From positions 62,001-126,000 of the forward strand of contig JAHLTZ010000027.1 in the NCBI GenBank assembly GCA_025786725.1: 64,000 nucleotides of DNA, given 5' to 3'. Shown piece by piece: positions 40,171 through 52,274 of this stretch. Origin of the DNA: Syncephalis fuscata S228 (Eukaryota; Fungi; Zoopagomycota). A program made the position numbers and the translations under genes. The notes below the pieces were generated by a model. It made no database searches and had not been told where the DNA came from. It saw nothing but the letters and a program-made list of their open reading frames with translations. How positions within the stretch are numbered: the stretch's first letter is position 1; each line of letters starts with the position of its first letter.

Positions 40171-40285
40171 CATGTATGTTATGGTCTGGCCATATGCACC
40201 ATGTTTGCTATAGTCTAGACTATATGCATCATATTTTTATGGTCTAGACTATATGTAACACATCTGCTATGATTTGGCCCATAAC
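40171..40285. repeat. Four degenerate ~29-bp tandem units with palindromic core TAGTCTAGACTA, upstream of the peptide gene
   Basis: catgtatgttatggtctggccatatgcac / catgtttgctatagtctagactatatgcat / catatttttatggtctagactatatgtaa / cacatctgctatgatttggcccata. Confidence 0.7.
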
Positions 40286-42712
40286 TCCTGTGCTATACAA
40301 AAGGCGAGATTTACTTATTGCATGCACAAGTTCACTTTTCATATCCAATGACTTTATAAGCCCTTTGCTGTACCAATTGCATCTATTATAGTGTAGTAAA
40401 GGGCATAGGCCTAATGCTGCTTCTATTTTCTGCTTCTCGGTCTAGTAGATCTTATCCCTTAATTCTTTAATCTAAGTTCCTTTTGCATTTTACTTGCTAC
40501 TTTTTATTTTCTTCATTTCAAGTCTCAGGCCTATGTTGGCAGATTAGCATCCTGCATTGCGCATCTGTAAAAATACTCATTTTATTCTTCTAACTGATAC
40601 ATATGTTTATCTGTTGATTTAAATTTGTTCTTAATTATTTAAAAACATATTATTATTGGAATGTAAACCTTTCTATCAAAAGGAACTGGCAGGTCTAGCT
40701 TGTTGGTTTTTTTAAATTTTCTTTTATCTTAAAGTTGTTTTATTTCGCAATTCATTCAATTTCAGGCCTTTGCTCATATTGAGGTAGAGTGGTTGGTTAG
40801 AAACCTTTTCTTCTCTATTCTTCCTTTCCTCACTGCCCTTAGTGGCATATTATTCGTTTCAATGTTTATTATTGCCTTATGATGAAAACATAAAAATAAA
40901 ACTTTCTATTAATAGATAATAATACTAGTTTATTGTTTCTATTTATTTGCTTGACAATTATTCGCATAGTGATTAAACTGCTACGGCCCATATTGTTTTA
41001 CACCAAGTAGTAACAATATTGATGCACAAATAGATTTAATAGCCTAGTTTACTATAATCAATATGGTTTATTATAAGTTTACACACCGAGATGGCTAAGA
41101 AATCAAGGCAGACTTCACCGGAACAACAATACTGTTGCTACCTTAATATTATAGATAGGGTTTTGTAAGAATGCGAATAAGAAACACACCGAGTGATTGA
41201 ATGGTCTATTAAAATCGCATATGATTGGTCGCAAAAATAATATATATATATCATATATCAATATTAATTACCAATAACAGGCAGCTATTAAAATGCTACA
41301 ACTGGTAACTACTTATTATTTGTAAGTATATGAGCTGATAAACTGCGTTAATGATGAAATATTACAAAACATTCAAGTTCTATTATTAGTCATTTTACTA
41401 TAAAATGATAGTTTTATTCAATATCAATAAAAAGATAATCGGCGTTTGATCACATATTATTTCTGTTTAGTATCCTACAAGTTATTCAGCTTATTATTTC
41501 TATTTTGTATATATTATTGAAATAATGATACGATCATATGGAAGCATAACAATAATAGCTAACTTATCCGTTTTATCTGAAAAATACTAAGTAGTCAGTA
41601 TATAAAATTTTCTTCTTCTAGTTGCAAATTAAAGCTTTAAAAGATCTTTGTCATTACTAATAGATTGTAATCAATAAAGCATAGAATAATATAAACTCTA
41701 AAAGTGAGCAAATGAAAGTTTATGAATACTAACAGTAAAACTATAGTTTACATGATAGCAAGATGGACATATTTGATGGAGATTTACAATAAATAAAGCT
41801 AGAAATAAACAACTAGCTTTATTAATAGCGTATAATCAGTAGATCATAGAACGATATAGAGTAAAATGAATATACGATAAACACCTGATGTATAACTGAA
41901 ATAGATGAAGAAATAATGATATTATATACGTAGAAAAGCTATGAGTAAACTAATTATTACCAAGTAAAAATTATTAAGCTGCCATAGGATAGCAATATTT
42001 TTATGTAACTTTTACTGCTTAGTTACAATGCTTTTATAAAGAAAAACCTTCAGCAACACATTGTAACAATGATAATTGGTTGTTTATTATTGTGTCGTAA
42101 ACACCAACGATTCCATTATACCATGTCCACTAGCATCAACGATTCTGTTTTTAACTTGTTTATACTTGGTTATAACACTCAGATAGCTATAAAAGCACTT
42201 ATAATTATTTTATAATAAGCAATATGCATCATTCTTATACATTACGCTTTGCTCAATATTCATGTGATAATGAACTTTATTTAGTATAATCGCTCATACC
42301 AACTAATTATTGACTTGGTACATATTATTACAATAATAATAATAATAATAATAACAGTAGTGTCAATATATCTTAATAACTGATGTGGCACACTTGTATA
42401 AGTTTAGTGTAATATGCTAGTTAAATTTTGCTAATTGCTAAATACAAAGCAAACATGAACAAAGATATAGCGATTTAATTATATACAATTAAAATAAAAC
42501 CATATGTTTATTACTACAAGCTTGCATAATTGAATAAACACAACTAAATGCAGTATTGTTGGTAATACAATACAGTTATTGGTTAAAACCTAATATGGAA
42601 ATAGACTAAGTAACAATTATCAACTGATCTTGTTTCGTGCCAAATATATATTTAAAGTATATTAAGCTAAAAGCTTAATTATCTGCCAATGTTGTTATCA
42701 TAGACGCATTGC

Positions 42713-43279
42713 TTATTCTATATTTGTAAAGCATACATGCCGTATAATTAATGTCTATGTTATGTTATATAATGCTACTTACGTCCTATTAATACAAATT
42801 ATCAAACACACAAAGTGCGTGATATATGTTTAGTAAATAGTTGATAAATATACAATAGCACTTACTGGCTATTAATAAAAATTATTGAATACACGCACTA
42901 TATGGCATATGCTTAATGAATGGCTAATAATTATACAATGCAACTTACTACCTATTAATACAAGTTATTTAACCAACGCACTGTACGCATATGGTTAGTG
43001 CACAGTTGGTGAATATACAATGACACTTACCAGCTATTAATACAGTTATTAGATGCACACAAAAGCAACACATAATTAATACATAGATGTTGATATACAA
43101 TACACCTTACGCTTTAATAACGTTAATTTGTTATGGAAATAATATTCAATTAATTGGGTAACTAGTTATTGCAACTACAGCATACCACGACGGACTATAA
43201 CTGGACTGGCACCCACCATGGATGTGGTGGTTACAAAAGCCACGATGGTGGTGCAGAAGACGGCAATAGAAAGCTTTAT
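42713..43279 (-). CDS. Micro-exon secreted-peptide gene (paralog of 39868-39999; start codon reads ATA, so possibly a pseudogene)
   Basis: Exon 1 43186-43279 = (I)KLSIAVFCTTIVAFVTTTSMVGASPVIVRR+G with donor GTATGC. Micro-exons: C (43111), CTG (43031-43033), GTA (42949-42951), CCA (42866-42868), GAC (42783-42785). The last exon starts at 42717 (AA TAA) and its stop aligns with the paralog's stop and 3' UTR. Confidence 0.7.
42770..43125 (-). repeat. Tandem array of ~80-83-bp intron + micro-exon units
   Basis: Minus-strand junction motif TATTAATAG-NNN-GTAAGT recurs with exons at 42783, 42866, 42949 and 43031, plus a degenerate unit at 43111 (periods 83, 83, 82, 80). Branch-point-like TACTAAA (~42829-42835) and CACTAAC (~42994-43000) sit at the same offset. 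Confidence 0.88.
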
Positions 43280-43465
43280 GTTGATATTGATTTGTTAAAA
43301 CAAACAAGCAGAACCAACAAGAGAGTGTAGTTGGCAGGGAGTAGATAGTGGTGATTATTTGACATAAAGTAGAATTTGTTGATAATACTACTAGCTAGCT
43401 GTGTGTATTTTGCCAGCTATTTAAGTCTATGTTCATTCCGAAATATAAAGAATGTATCCTATGGA

Positions 43466-43586
43466 TTACGTCACTGGAATGTTATGTAATTAATAAAGCA
43501 TGTACATATTAATAGAGCAATGATGTAATAGTATGCAGCGTGGCTGTTTGCTTTAAAATTGTTCAGCGTCCACGTCAATGACGTGG
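43466..43586. promoter_or_regulatory. Cluster of bZIP (CRE/ATF-type) sites
   Basis: TTACGTCA at 43466-43473 and the perfect palindrome CCACGTCA-A-TGACGTGG at 43570-43586, upstream of the micro-exon gene's TATA-like box. Confidence 0.45.
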
Positions 43587-44251
43587 CAATAACGAGAATC
43601 TAGTGCATGCGTGGTAGAAATTCACATATCAATCCTACTGCAGTGTTATGCAGTTTGATAATACAGCACAAACTAAATCTATGACTGGTGCTTTAGAAAT
43701 AGAAATACACTACTGTGCCTTTGCCTTTATTTTACTAAATATCTTAATTCTCAATATCTGTATGTATGTCAAATAGTGTGGTACACCAGTGCAAAGACAG
43801 TATTAATAAATCAAATCCTATTTTCTTTACATATATTAGCTGTTGTGAATAAACTAGCTATATTTCCTTAAACCATGAAAATATATTAACTAGTTTGCAT
43901 ATGTATTAATAATAATAATAATGTATTAAAGCGACGTCCATTATTTTAAATAAATGGAATGTTGTTAGTATGTATTTATAGCTGAATATGTAGAGTAATG
44001 AAATAAAAGTGTATACAGTATGTTGATAGATTGGGCAATACATGCAATAGCAACACTGCTAATAGAATCAAAAGAATGTATTATTGAGCACACGATTTAT
44101 ACTGGCCTACGTCATCACGTGTACTCATCACATGGACATTGTTATGCTCAAACCATTCATTACTTTGCTACTGCGTTTTTACCGCCTTTCTACTGTTGTG
44201 TCCAACATTTACTACTACAATTACTTTACTTCGCTATTGAACAGAACTGCA

Positions 44252-44889
44252 ATGACAGAACAGGACATACGAGCTGTTTCTATCGACACCTTCTTCTCGG
44301 CTATTCAAGCCGGCGATACAGACGCAGTACGAGCATTACTAGCCACCGACCGCTCGCTTAGTGCCCGTCGTCATCGATATCAAGGCGCCGTCTACCACAA
44401 AGACCATGCACTTGATGCCTACAAGTTTCTTGGTGCTTATATCGGCGCGGTAACGGGATTACAGCTTGCTTTACTTTCGCAGCATGAGATTGTAGCCAAG
44501 GATATTCTTACTGTTACATTTAATCAAGGTAAGTTTTATATAATGATGACGATGTCTGTTGAAACACCACTAACACTAGTAATAATAACGATTAACTAAT
44601 TAATTGACTAGACATCGATTTGACATTTGGCGTAAGTGGCTACATAAAGTTGTGCTAGTTAGTACGTATGATTAAACTATAGTTACAGGATGGCAATACG
44701 GCACTCCACTTGGCCGTGTTTCTCGGTCTTCATGATATTGTTACTCTGCTGGTTGAACGAGGAGCCAATACATTGATCAAAAATGGTAAAGGGTTTACAC
44801 CGGTCGATGTGTCAGATAGACCAGATGTTGTAGCATTACTACGACCATCCGCTGAAGATAGTGCTTCAGAAATTGTTACAACTGTATAA
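44252..44889 (+). CDS. Small ankyrin-repeat protein
   Basis: Exons 44252-44528, 44612-44631 and 44689-44889; GDGNTALHLAVFLGLHDIVTLLVERGANTLIKNGKGFTPVD is a canonical ankyrin repeat. Confidence 0.85.
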
Positions 44890-45165
44890 ATAAAGAGTAA
44901 GATATTGTCTACGTCAATTGCCATTAATGATACTTGTTATCATTCTTATTTTGTTAAATTCTATAATTTTGCTAGCAAATTAACCCATTTACACTGGTAG
45001 AATGAATAAATATGTATAAATAAACACCATATTTAAAAATATATGCTTAGTTTGAGTTTAAATTGAATATATAATATATAATATATAGATATTAATAAAG
45101 TAGCAATATTTTATTCTTGCTTCTTGTTTACATGTTATTGTAATAGTATTAGTACTAATAGTATT

Positions 45166-47205
45166 TTAATGATTTGCAGATGACTCAGGTGTTGGTGTAC
45201 GCCGTATACCAGCTATACGAGAAAATCGTTCTTTAAATCCACCTATAAATCATGTTAGTTATCTTCGCTCATCGTTAACCAAGCCAATGACTGACCTGAT
45301 GATGCAGCCTTGCGTCTACGGGCTGTTTCATTCTCTTTACGCTTTTGTGCCTGATTGACAAGTACTTCAATCGACTTGTTTAGTAGTTCTGCATCAATTA
45401 ACGCTTGTTCACGGGCATCCAATATACGATGCAATTCTAAAACAGCACTTTTCTCCAATTTGCTCAACTCTTCACGTATTTCAATAAGAGCCGGACCAGA
45501 TAATGATCGTAATGTATCTATATCCATTATTTACAATAAGCATCTATCTATTTAGGAGTATTAGTAAACACGCTACCTGGATGCATTCCTACTAATTGTT
45601 GAGCACGCGCTTCATTAAATTGGGTGGCAGCTGAACCAGACAGTCCTATACTATCAAATGTTCTAGCACCATCGATGCCACTCGATGAAGATGTCTTTGA
45701 TTTACGCGCATTCCTTGCATTATAACCGCTACCAGTGGATAAAGATGGCTTCTTAAGTGGCACTGCTGTAATCGTAGTCGATCTAAGCTGCGACAAAGCA
45801 GGGGATACCGACCGGGAAAGATTTGTAGGCGTATCTTCAATGCCACTATCACTTAAACCAAGACTTGTTAAAAACTGGCCACGTGTATCTGATCGACGCC
45901 ATTGGAATACTTGAGATTCATCCCAAGGCGCTATCAGCTCATCCCACGGCATATCCACCGATTGCATTAAACTACAATTAAATTTGGTTAAATAAAAACA
46001 TTATACAAATGGTATATGATCTTACCTATCAAAAGTATCGGTTATTTGCATATTCAAAGCGACATTATCCGCATCATCCGCATCATCCGTTGGCACCGAT
46101 CGAGTAAATGATAAATAATCCGCCAAATGATCCGATAGTTCATCTAGTGTAGCTTTTGTAATATCTATCCATGACTAATAATAATTTATTAATACACTCA
46201 ATCTAATCTATTTATACCTACCATTGGCTGAGAAGTAATTGTTGTTGATGTTGGTATATTATCGTTTGAAACAACTGACGATGAACAGTCTGTCATTGTT
46301 ATGGGTGCAAATGCCGATTCATCTGTTGCTTCATTTAAACTCGAGAAACCATCTTGATCTTCAAAATCTCCAAAATCCCCAAAGTCTCCAAACTCATCTT
46401 CTTCATCTTTATTATTATTTCCATTTACTTCATTTGATGTATTAGTTGTTATTTTACTTGTAGCAAAGTCTCCAAAATCGCCAAAATTGCCAAAATCATC
46501 TTCACCGTTATTTTCATTAACCTTTTCTTCTATTTCCTCTGTTTCTTGTTCTACTTTTATTTCTCGCTGCTGTTCAACTTCTTCTTCTTCTTCTTCTACT
46601 ACTTCTATTTCTTGTTCTTTTTCCTTCTCAATACTATCCATAGCATTTATAATACTTTGTTCATTAGTTTCATTGGATTGCCCAATATTTACTGTCTCTG
46701 TCAATGTTTCTGTTACATCTAATGGCTCATTCAATATATCATTTCGATCATGTTGTTCATCAATACGATCAACTAGTTTTAACGTTGAACTGTCCACTAT
46801 TGTCTCATCTATTGGTGACGTTTGTAAATCAACTAAAACTGTACTAGTTAAATTAGATTCACTCTCCAGTACTTGTTCATTTGCTGTATCTTTTGCTATT
46901 TCGTTTGACACATCATCTTCACTTGTTGCTATCATCGAATCTTGTAATAATGATGGTGTTGTTTCTTGTGTCGGTGACATTGAAGCCAAATAATCTCCTA
47001 GTTGATCCAACTTTTGTAAAATAGCTACTTTTGCTTCTGCTTTCTCTTTAGGCGACAACGGTCTACTACTAGTGCTGCGGAAACTACGAATACTACTTGT
47101 GGTACTATTGCCTGCCGACATTGCATGGCTAGTTGGTGGTGGTGGTGGTGGTGTTGTTGGCTGCTCACCATCGTCTGTTGTCAAATCAAGTAGTAAATTG
47201 GACAT
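45166..47205 (-). CDS. Acidic clathrin-adaptor accessory protein, aftiphilin/DUF5102-like
   Basis: Tandem DFGxF motifs (DDFGNFGDFGDF; DEFGDFGDFGDF), typical gamma-adaptin-ear ligands, followed by FQWRRSDTRGQFLTSLG and a C-terminal coiled coil. About five exons. Confidence 0.6.
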
Positions 47206-47871
47206 TGTACAAACTAAACGCGTATTCACTTCTGCGTCCACTAATACTGACTACTGCTACTATTATGATGATGATAAGAGACTGGTAATAGTCTGTATAG
47301 TAATGCAAGCACTCAGCTATTATAAAGATGACTTGTTGGCCTATCCAACTATCTAATAGGGACAATAGCCGTTGTCAAGTGCGTGGTGTGCTAGAATGTC
47401 AGTGTGGATGGTTAAAATGGATGGGAATTATTAAGGATAGTAACATGTTTATATTAATATTCATATTAATGGTCATGATCATTTGATTAATAACAAGTCC
47501 GTTGATACTCTTTAAAAAACTAATAGCGACCCTCTTCATCCTTTACTATTTGCAGTTTCTTTTTACCTAAATCACTACACATCTACGTATTTGTGTGTGG
47601 GTTTGCGTACGTGCGTGTGCGTGTGCAAGGAAGAAAGCAGTAAAGAATTTACACACGTATCAGCAAACGAGCGAGCAAGTAAGTAGCGAGTGAGCGAGTG
47701 CACGTCACGTCCAACGCTGTCTCTATTGCTGCTTGCTCATTGATTAGAATTATTATTGGTAAGACTAGTGTAAGATCCAAAAGTTAAAATTGTTTATTCA
47801 ACAGTCGTTGTCTAGGCTTATTAGATAGGAGGAGGGCAGATTTTCTATTTCATATAAGCGTGGTCATCAAT

Positions 47872-49194
47872 ATGAATGTAAGTCGCTGTGGTTGTTATTA
47901 TTGTGGCACATTCAGTTGTTAATAAAGTATTTTACACTATAGACCAACGCTCCCAGTTCAGAGGCACGGCGTTTAACCGAATTTCTCGATGATTGTCTAT
48001 CTTTTGGTTGTTTAAAGGTGATTATCTTAAAATCTTATAATGTATTTATGATAACCATATCACTTAATGTTCACTATGAAGGGATTTCGGCATTTTGAGT
48101 TGTATTTGCGTGGCCGGGAAGAGCTACTTGTACGTATTTATCATGAAGTCGGTTCACGATCGCCACTGCCCACTTCGCTTAGTCTGGCTCGCGGACAGTA
48201 AGTTGTTGGCGTTGTTATATTAGTCTGTCAGCAATAGTAATACGCCTAATTATTTAATTTGCATTTAGAAATCGGGCGTATCTTACGAGTCGAACGCAAC
48301 GAACGTAAGTCAATTGCGTTGATAAAGCTGTTTATTTACGTCAATTTAGTATTGCTTCAACACCTCCAGATACACCCGTACCACCATTAAGTCCACTGGA
48401 TAGAGATTTGGCCAAAGTAACAAATCATATAGATAAAAATAATACCAATGACTAACGACTTTTAGGATACGGCTCGTACAGTGTTTCTAATTGCCGCCTA
48501 TGCTCGTTATAAATGTCCATACGTTTGGGTGGGTAATAGATACAATTACTAATATGTTTTTATTTATTTATAATTTATTTATAAATAATTTACAGCTTCG
48601 TTCGAATCAGGATCGATTGTTGGAAACACAAGACTCGGATCCGACAATATCTTCGGATGCGCCTATCCGGCTAGACTCCGTAACTAATTGGCGTCATCGC
48701 GGTACTATTAGCTCTATAACAGCTGTTTGACATTAAGTCACTAATGTGTATTTTGTTGGTGTAGATATTCAGCTGGTTGATATTATAGCTGAAATTACGC
48801 AACAAACGCTTGATCCACCACCAGAAAATCCATTTGCTGTTGACCATTCGTTTTTTGAGTCTCAGCCACTTGAAGAAAGTATGTTGTTGACAGGAGCCAT
48901 GGTTGATTTTCTACAGCGTCTGTGTCTTCGTAAATATTCTTACACCGAACAAGGCAAGTTATAGATTTGCATAAAATTAATACAATGCTGAGTATAAATG
49001 CCATGGGACTATTTATATTAATAACAACAATAATTATAGTGCTCGAAGATTTGAGAAAATTGCAGAAACGGCATTTTCGCGATTTTGACGAAGTCTTGTC
49101 TGTACAAAGCCAGCCATTGCCCAATTCGGATGCCATTGGCGACTCAAGTGCTGTGACTAGTGCTCAGTCTGATTTTCGAGGCAGTGATTATTAG
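47872..49194 (+). CDS. Conserved-looking protein of unknown function
   Basis: About eight short exons (first is ATGAAT, 6 nt) splice to ...FLDDCLSFGCLKGFRHFELYLRGREEL...VFLIAAYARYKCPYVWLRS...PPENPFAVDHSFF...; one GC donor at 48954. Confidence 0.7.
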
Positions 49195-49394
49195 ATGAAC
49201 TACTATTGATATGGTACATCAATAATGCAGTTTCAATTTGAGATATCTATTTTCTATTCAATATATAAAAATAAAGCGGCGTTATAATTGCGTGTGTTTA
49301 TGAAGTATAGCAATTGTTCTATTAATGATAGATATTTAACAAATAGCGCTTTTCATACTTTATTAATTTATCTGTTTAGAAGAGATAAAGCAAG

Positions 49395-50775
49395 TTATAC
49401 TGATGCATTGGTACCATGTTGTTCTACGATGGAGGATGACGATTGCTGCTGTTGATTTCGTCTCATTTCTATTGCTGTTTTATACGCCGGACTAATGGGC
49501 GATTGCAATGGATCTAATGGCTGATAAGCTACACCGTCAATCTTATAAACATGTTAATATTGCGTCATTATTTCAGTCTATATACTACTTACATCAAGTG
49601 GATAAGTACGGTCGGCATCCCATCCAGCCAGGTCACCACAAGCTAGAAAAGGAACAATCTCTCTTTCTTGCCCCGTCATTGGATGGTCGACACCTATAAT
49701 GATGGTTAGATAGTAGCATTATAATTACCAATGCATACCATAATGCAGATCTAACATTGGATGAATCATTGAGGGAACATAATCACTTGGTGGCCGATAA
49801 TCCTCACAGACAATAAACGCCTCTATTTACACATATTCATTAGAGTTTAGTTTCAATACAATACTATCGCTTACCAATACTTGAATTACGAGAACTGCGC
49901 GGTTTACTACAAGTTACTTTGCGGAAGAATATGCTTAGCTGTGCATTCAATAATGTCATATCTTTGCCACGAAATATTTTTGCCACAAATGTGCCGCCTT
50001 GACGTAGAACATGCGTAGTAATGTTAAGTGCCTAGGTAGTTGCTAATAAATATTTGTATATCCATTGCCATTACAGTACTTACCGCAAGAAGCAACTGAG
50101 CTTGTATATATTCGTCCATATCATGTAATCCAGTAACTGCCAGTAAATACGCTGTTTAGTATTTAGTCCATTCATCATTTAATATTAGCCTACCATCAGG
50201 TGCACCATCACAAACAACTAGATCGGCATGTTCGCCTTCAAAATAGCTAATTACCTGTTCTGCAGTTGATTTCTTTGTAATGTCTCCTTGGATTTGAATT
50301 ACACCAGGAATGGGTGCCTAATTAACCACATCCATTAATTATGGTATATAAGCTATTGTATTAAATAAATACCATAGGCTGGAGGTCAATGGCTACAATC
50401 TTTGGCTCTTCTTTTGGATGTCCAGCAGTGTTTGCTTCCTCGCTATTTAATGTAGCCGCAAATAGTTGTATACACACGTAAGCAAATTAATGAAATGTTA
50501 TTAAACTGCATCAGTTTCCTTACTATAGGCGTTTACTCATACTTGTGACCAACTGCCAGGTGCAGCGCACAGATCAACTACACGACTTACACCTATTCAT
50601 TAGTAATGAGCAGTTATAGTTAGGTGCGGTAATTTGTTCCAGTTGCGAAAATACCTGAAAATAAATCATATTCTTCGTCAATTTGTAGCAATTTAAACGC
50701 ACTACGAGCCCGCCAGCCTTGTTCCTTGGCCAATCGGTAGTAGATGTCGCGCTTGTCCTTGGATGTACGTCCCAT
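49395..50775 (-). CDS. TRM7: tRNA (cytidine32/guanosine34-2'-O)-methyltransferase Trm7/FTSJ1
   Basis: [83 protein letters not shown] region. Confidence 0.95.
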
Positions 50776-51061
50776 AGTTGGCTGGCACGAATAGTATAAA
50801 ATGTGAGTAAATTGGCAATGTACTTGATTTTATTTTTTTATAGTAAAATCATTTGCAATATCCATCATTTCCTTTTCCAGATAATGAAAATTATGATACA
50901 TTACAGTTATTACAATGGCTACATTGTTGTTATGCCATATGATTTGACCATTAAAGTCCGTATATGATACAAAAACGACGAATTCTAAATAAAAGCAATA
51001 CAGGTGTTACTACCTATTTAAAGTTAAAATATTTTTATTTAAATCTATGCAATCCAAGTGT

Positions 51062-52274
51062 CTAATTTCTGTCTTGGTATTCAGGAAGACGGTCACTAAT
51101 ATATAGTGGAGGTTCGCTGTCGTCCATGTGATAGTTTGGAAGTTGCTCTGGTCGTCTATTAGCTTGTCCAGAGGCATTTGGTGTATTATGGCCCAACTCA
51201 GTCTGTACCTCTTTTATAGTATTTTGATTCAAACCATAGTACTGTGCATGTTGATTTCTTATATCCTCAGAAAATGAAGCAAGCTTTTGCATAAGAATGT
51301 TGTTGGTAATCTCGATTTGGCGCATTGTCTTATGATTTACAAATTCAAGAAAACTTTCTTCGTGATTTCCAGTACTTTTGGCTGGTTTTAGCAATATTGC
51401 GCGCTTGAAGTCTTTAATTAAAAACTTTGGCGGAGCGTCATTCGCATCAAAGTTGATGCAGACATCTATAAAGCAAGCGTTATAATCAAAATAGAGCAAA
51501 TATATAAATAACCTACTTTCTGGGTCGTATCGGCTATAGACCCAACCGATTGTCCGTAAGGCGTATATAGCTTAATAATGAAAAGTTAGAAATAATAACA
51601 AACAATAGAAATAAATACCTTGAGTAAATTGGCTTAGTAAACCAGGCTGACTTCTATCATAAAAGCCATCTTTATTTATGGCGTTTTCTAAGTTCATTAT
51701 TTGTAATCGCATCTATTTGAAATGATATAGCAACGTCCTTGTGGATATTCAAACCTATGGATCGGATGTGTAAGGTATTTATATCCAGTGGCCGTATTTT
51801 CCAGCTTTTTTTGATATCTCATCAATGCCTGTTTAACGGTTAGCGATTAGTTAATATCTAGCAGCATTATTAGTTAATACCTTTAGCACTAAAAGTTCTT
51901 TATTCATGTATATAGCTTCATCATTGCCACAAACGAGAGAAATGTCTTGAAGCTGATTTGCACCTGATCCAGAACTAGTTCGATATTGACCTTTTGCATA
52001 TGACACGCCATCATTATCAACGCTAATGATATTTGAAACAATAAGTGTTTTCTGATTAAAAACACCGGGTCTGTTTAAAGGCTGTCCAAGAAAGTTCTCT
52101 TTTTGTTACAATTAAAGTTTAAAACGTGAGTATGTATTACAATTGTATATACATACCTGGACCAGATTTTGATTGATTTATCTCGCTGCTGCTACTGCCG
52201 GAAGCTTCCATGGCCAATGACATGGCTGGCGCTAGAATAGCCACCACTACGCCAACTTTAATACCAAAAATCAT
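51062..52274 (-). CDS. Secreted kinase-fold protein, probable pseudokinase
   Basis: Signal peptide MIFGIKVGVVVAILAPAMSLA and RPGVFNQKTLIV. Catalytic-loop equivalent AIYALRTIGWVYSRYDPENVCI lacks the HRD Asp and the DFG equivalent is DFK. Five exons; 1-nt deletion at ~51700. Confidence 0.6.

Larger units (their letters stand above)
39620..43445. repeat. Dispersed direct duplication of the peptide locus (39620-40150 vs 42495-43445)
   Basis: Homologous promoter/5' UTR (40000-40145 vs 43280-43430), signal exon and 3' UTR. An ~83-bp block (39631-39713 vs 42503-42585) is almost identical. Confidence 0.9.

Noticed and set aside
42770-43125. Periodic repeat-spacer pattern resembling a CRISPR array
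   Set aside because: Eukaryotic context with no cas genes. The conserved parts are spliceosomal AG/GTAAG signals, the variable core is 3 nt, and the 'spacers' are homologous to each other.
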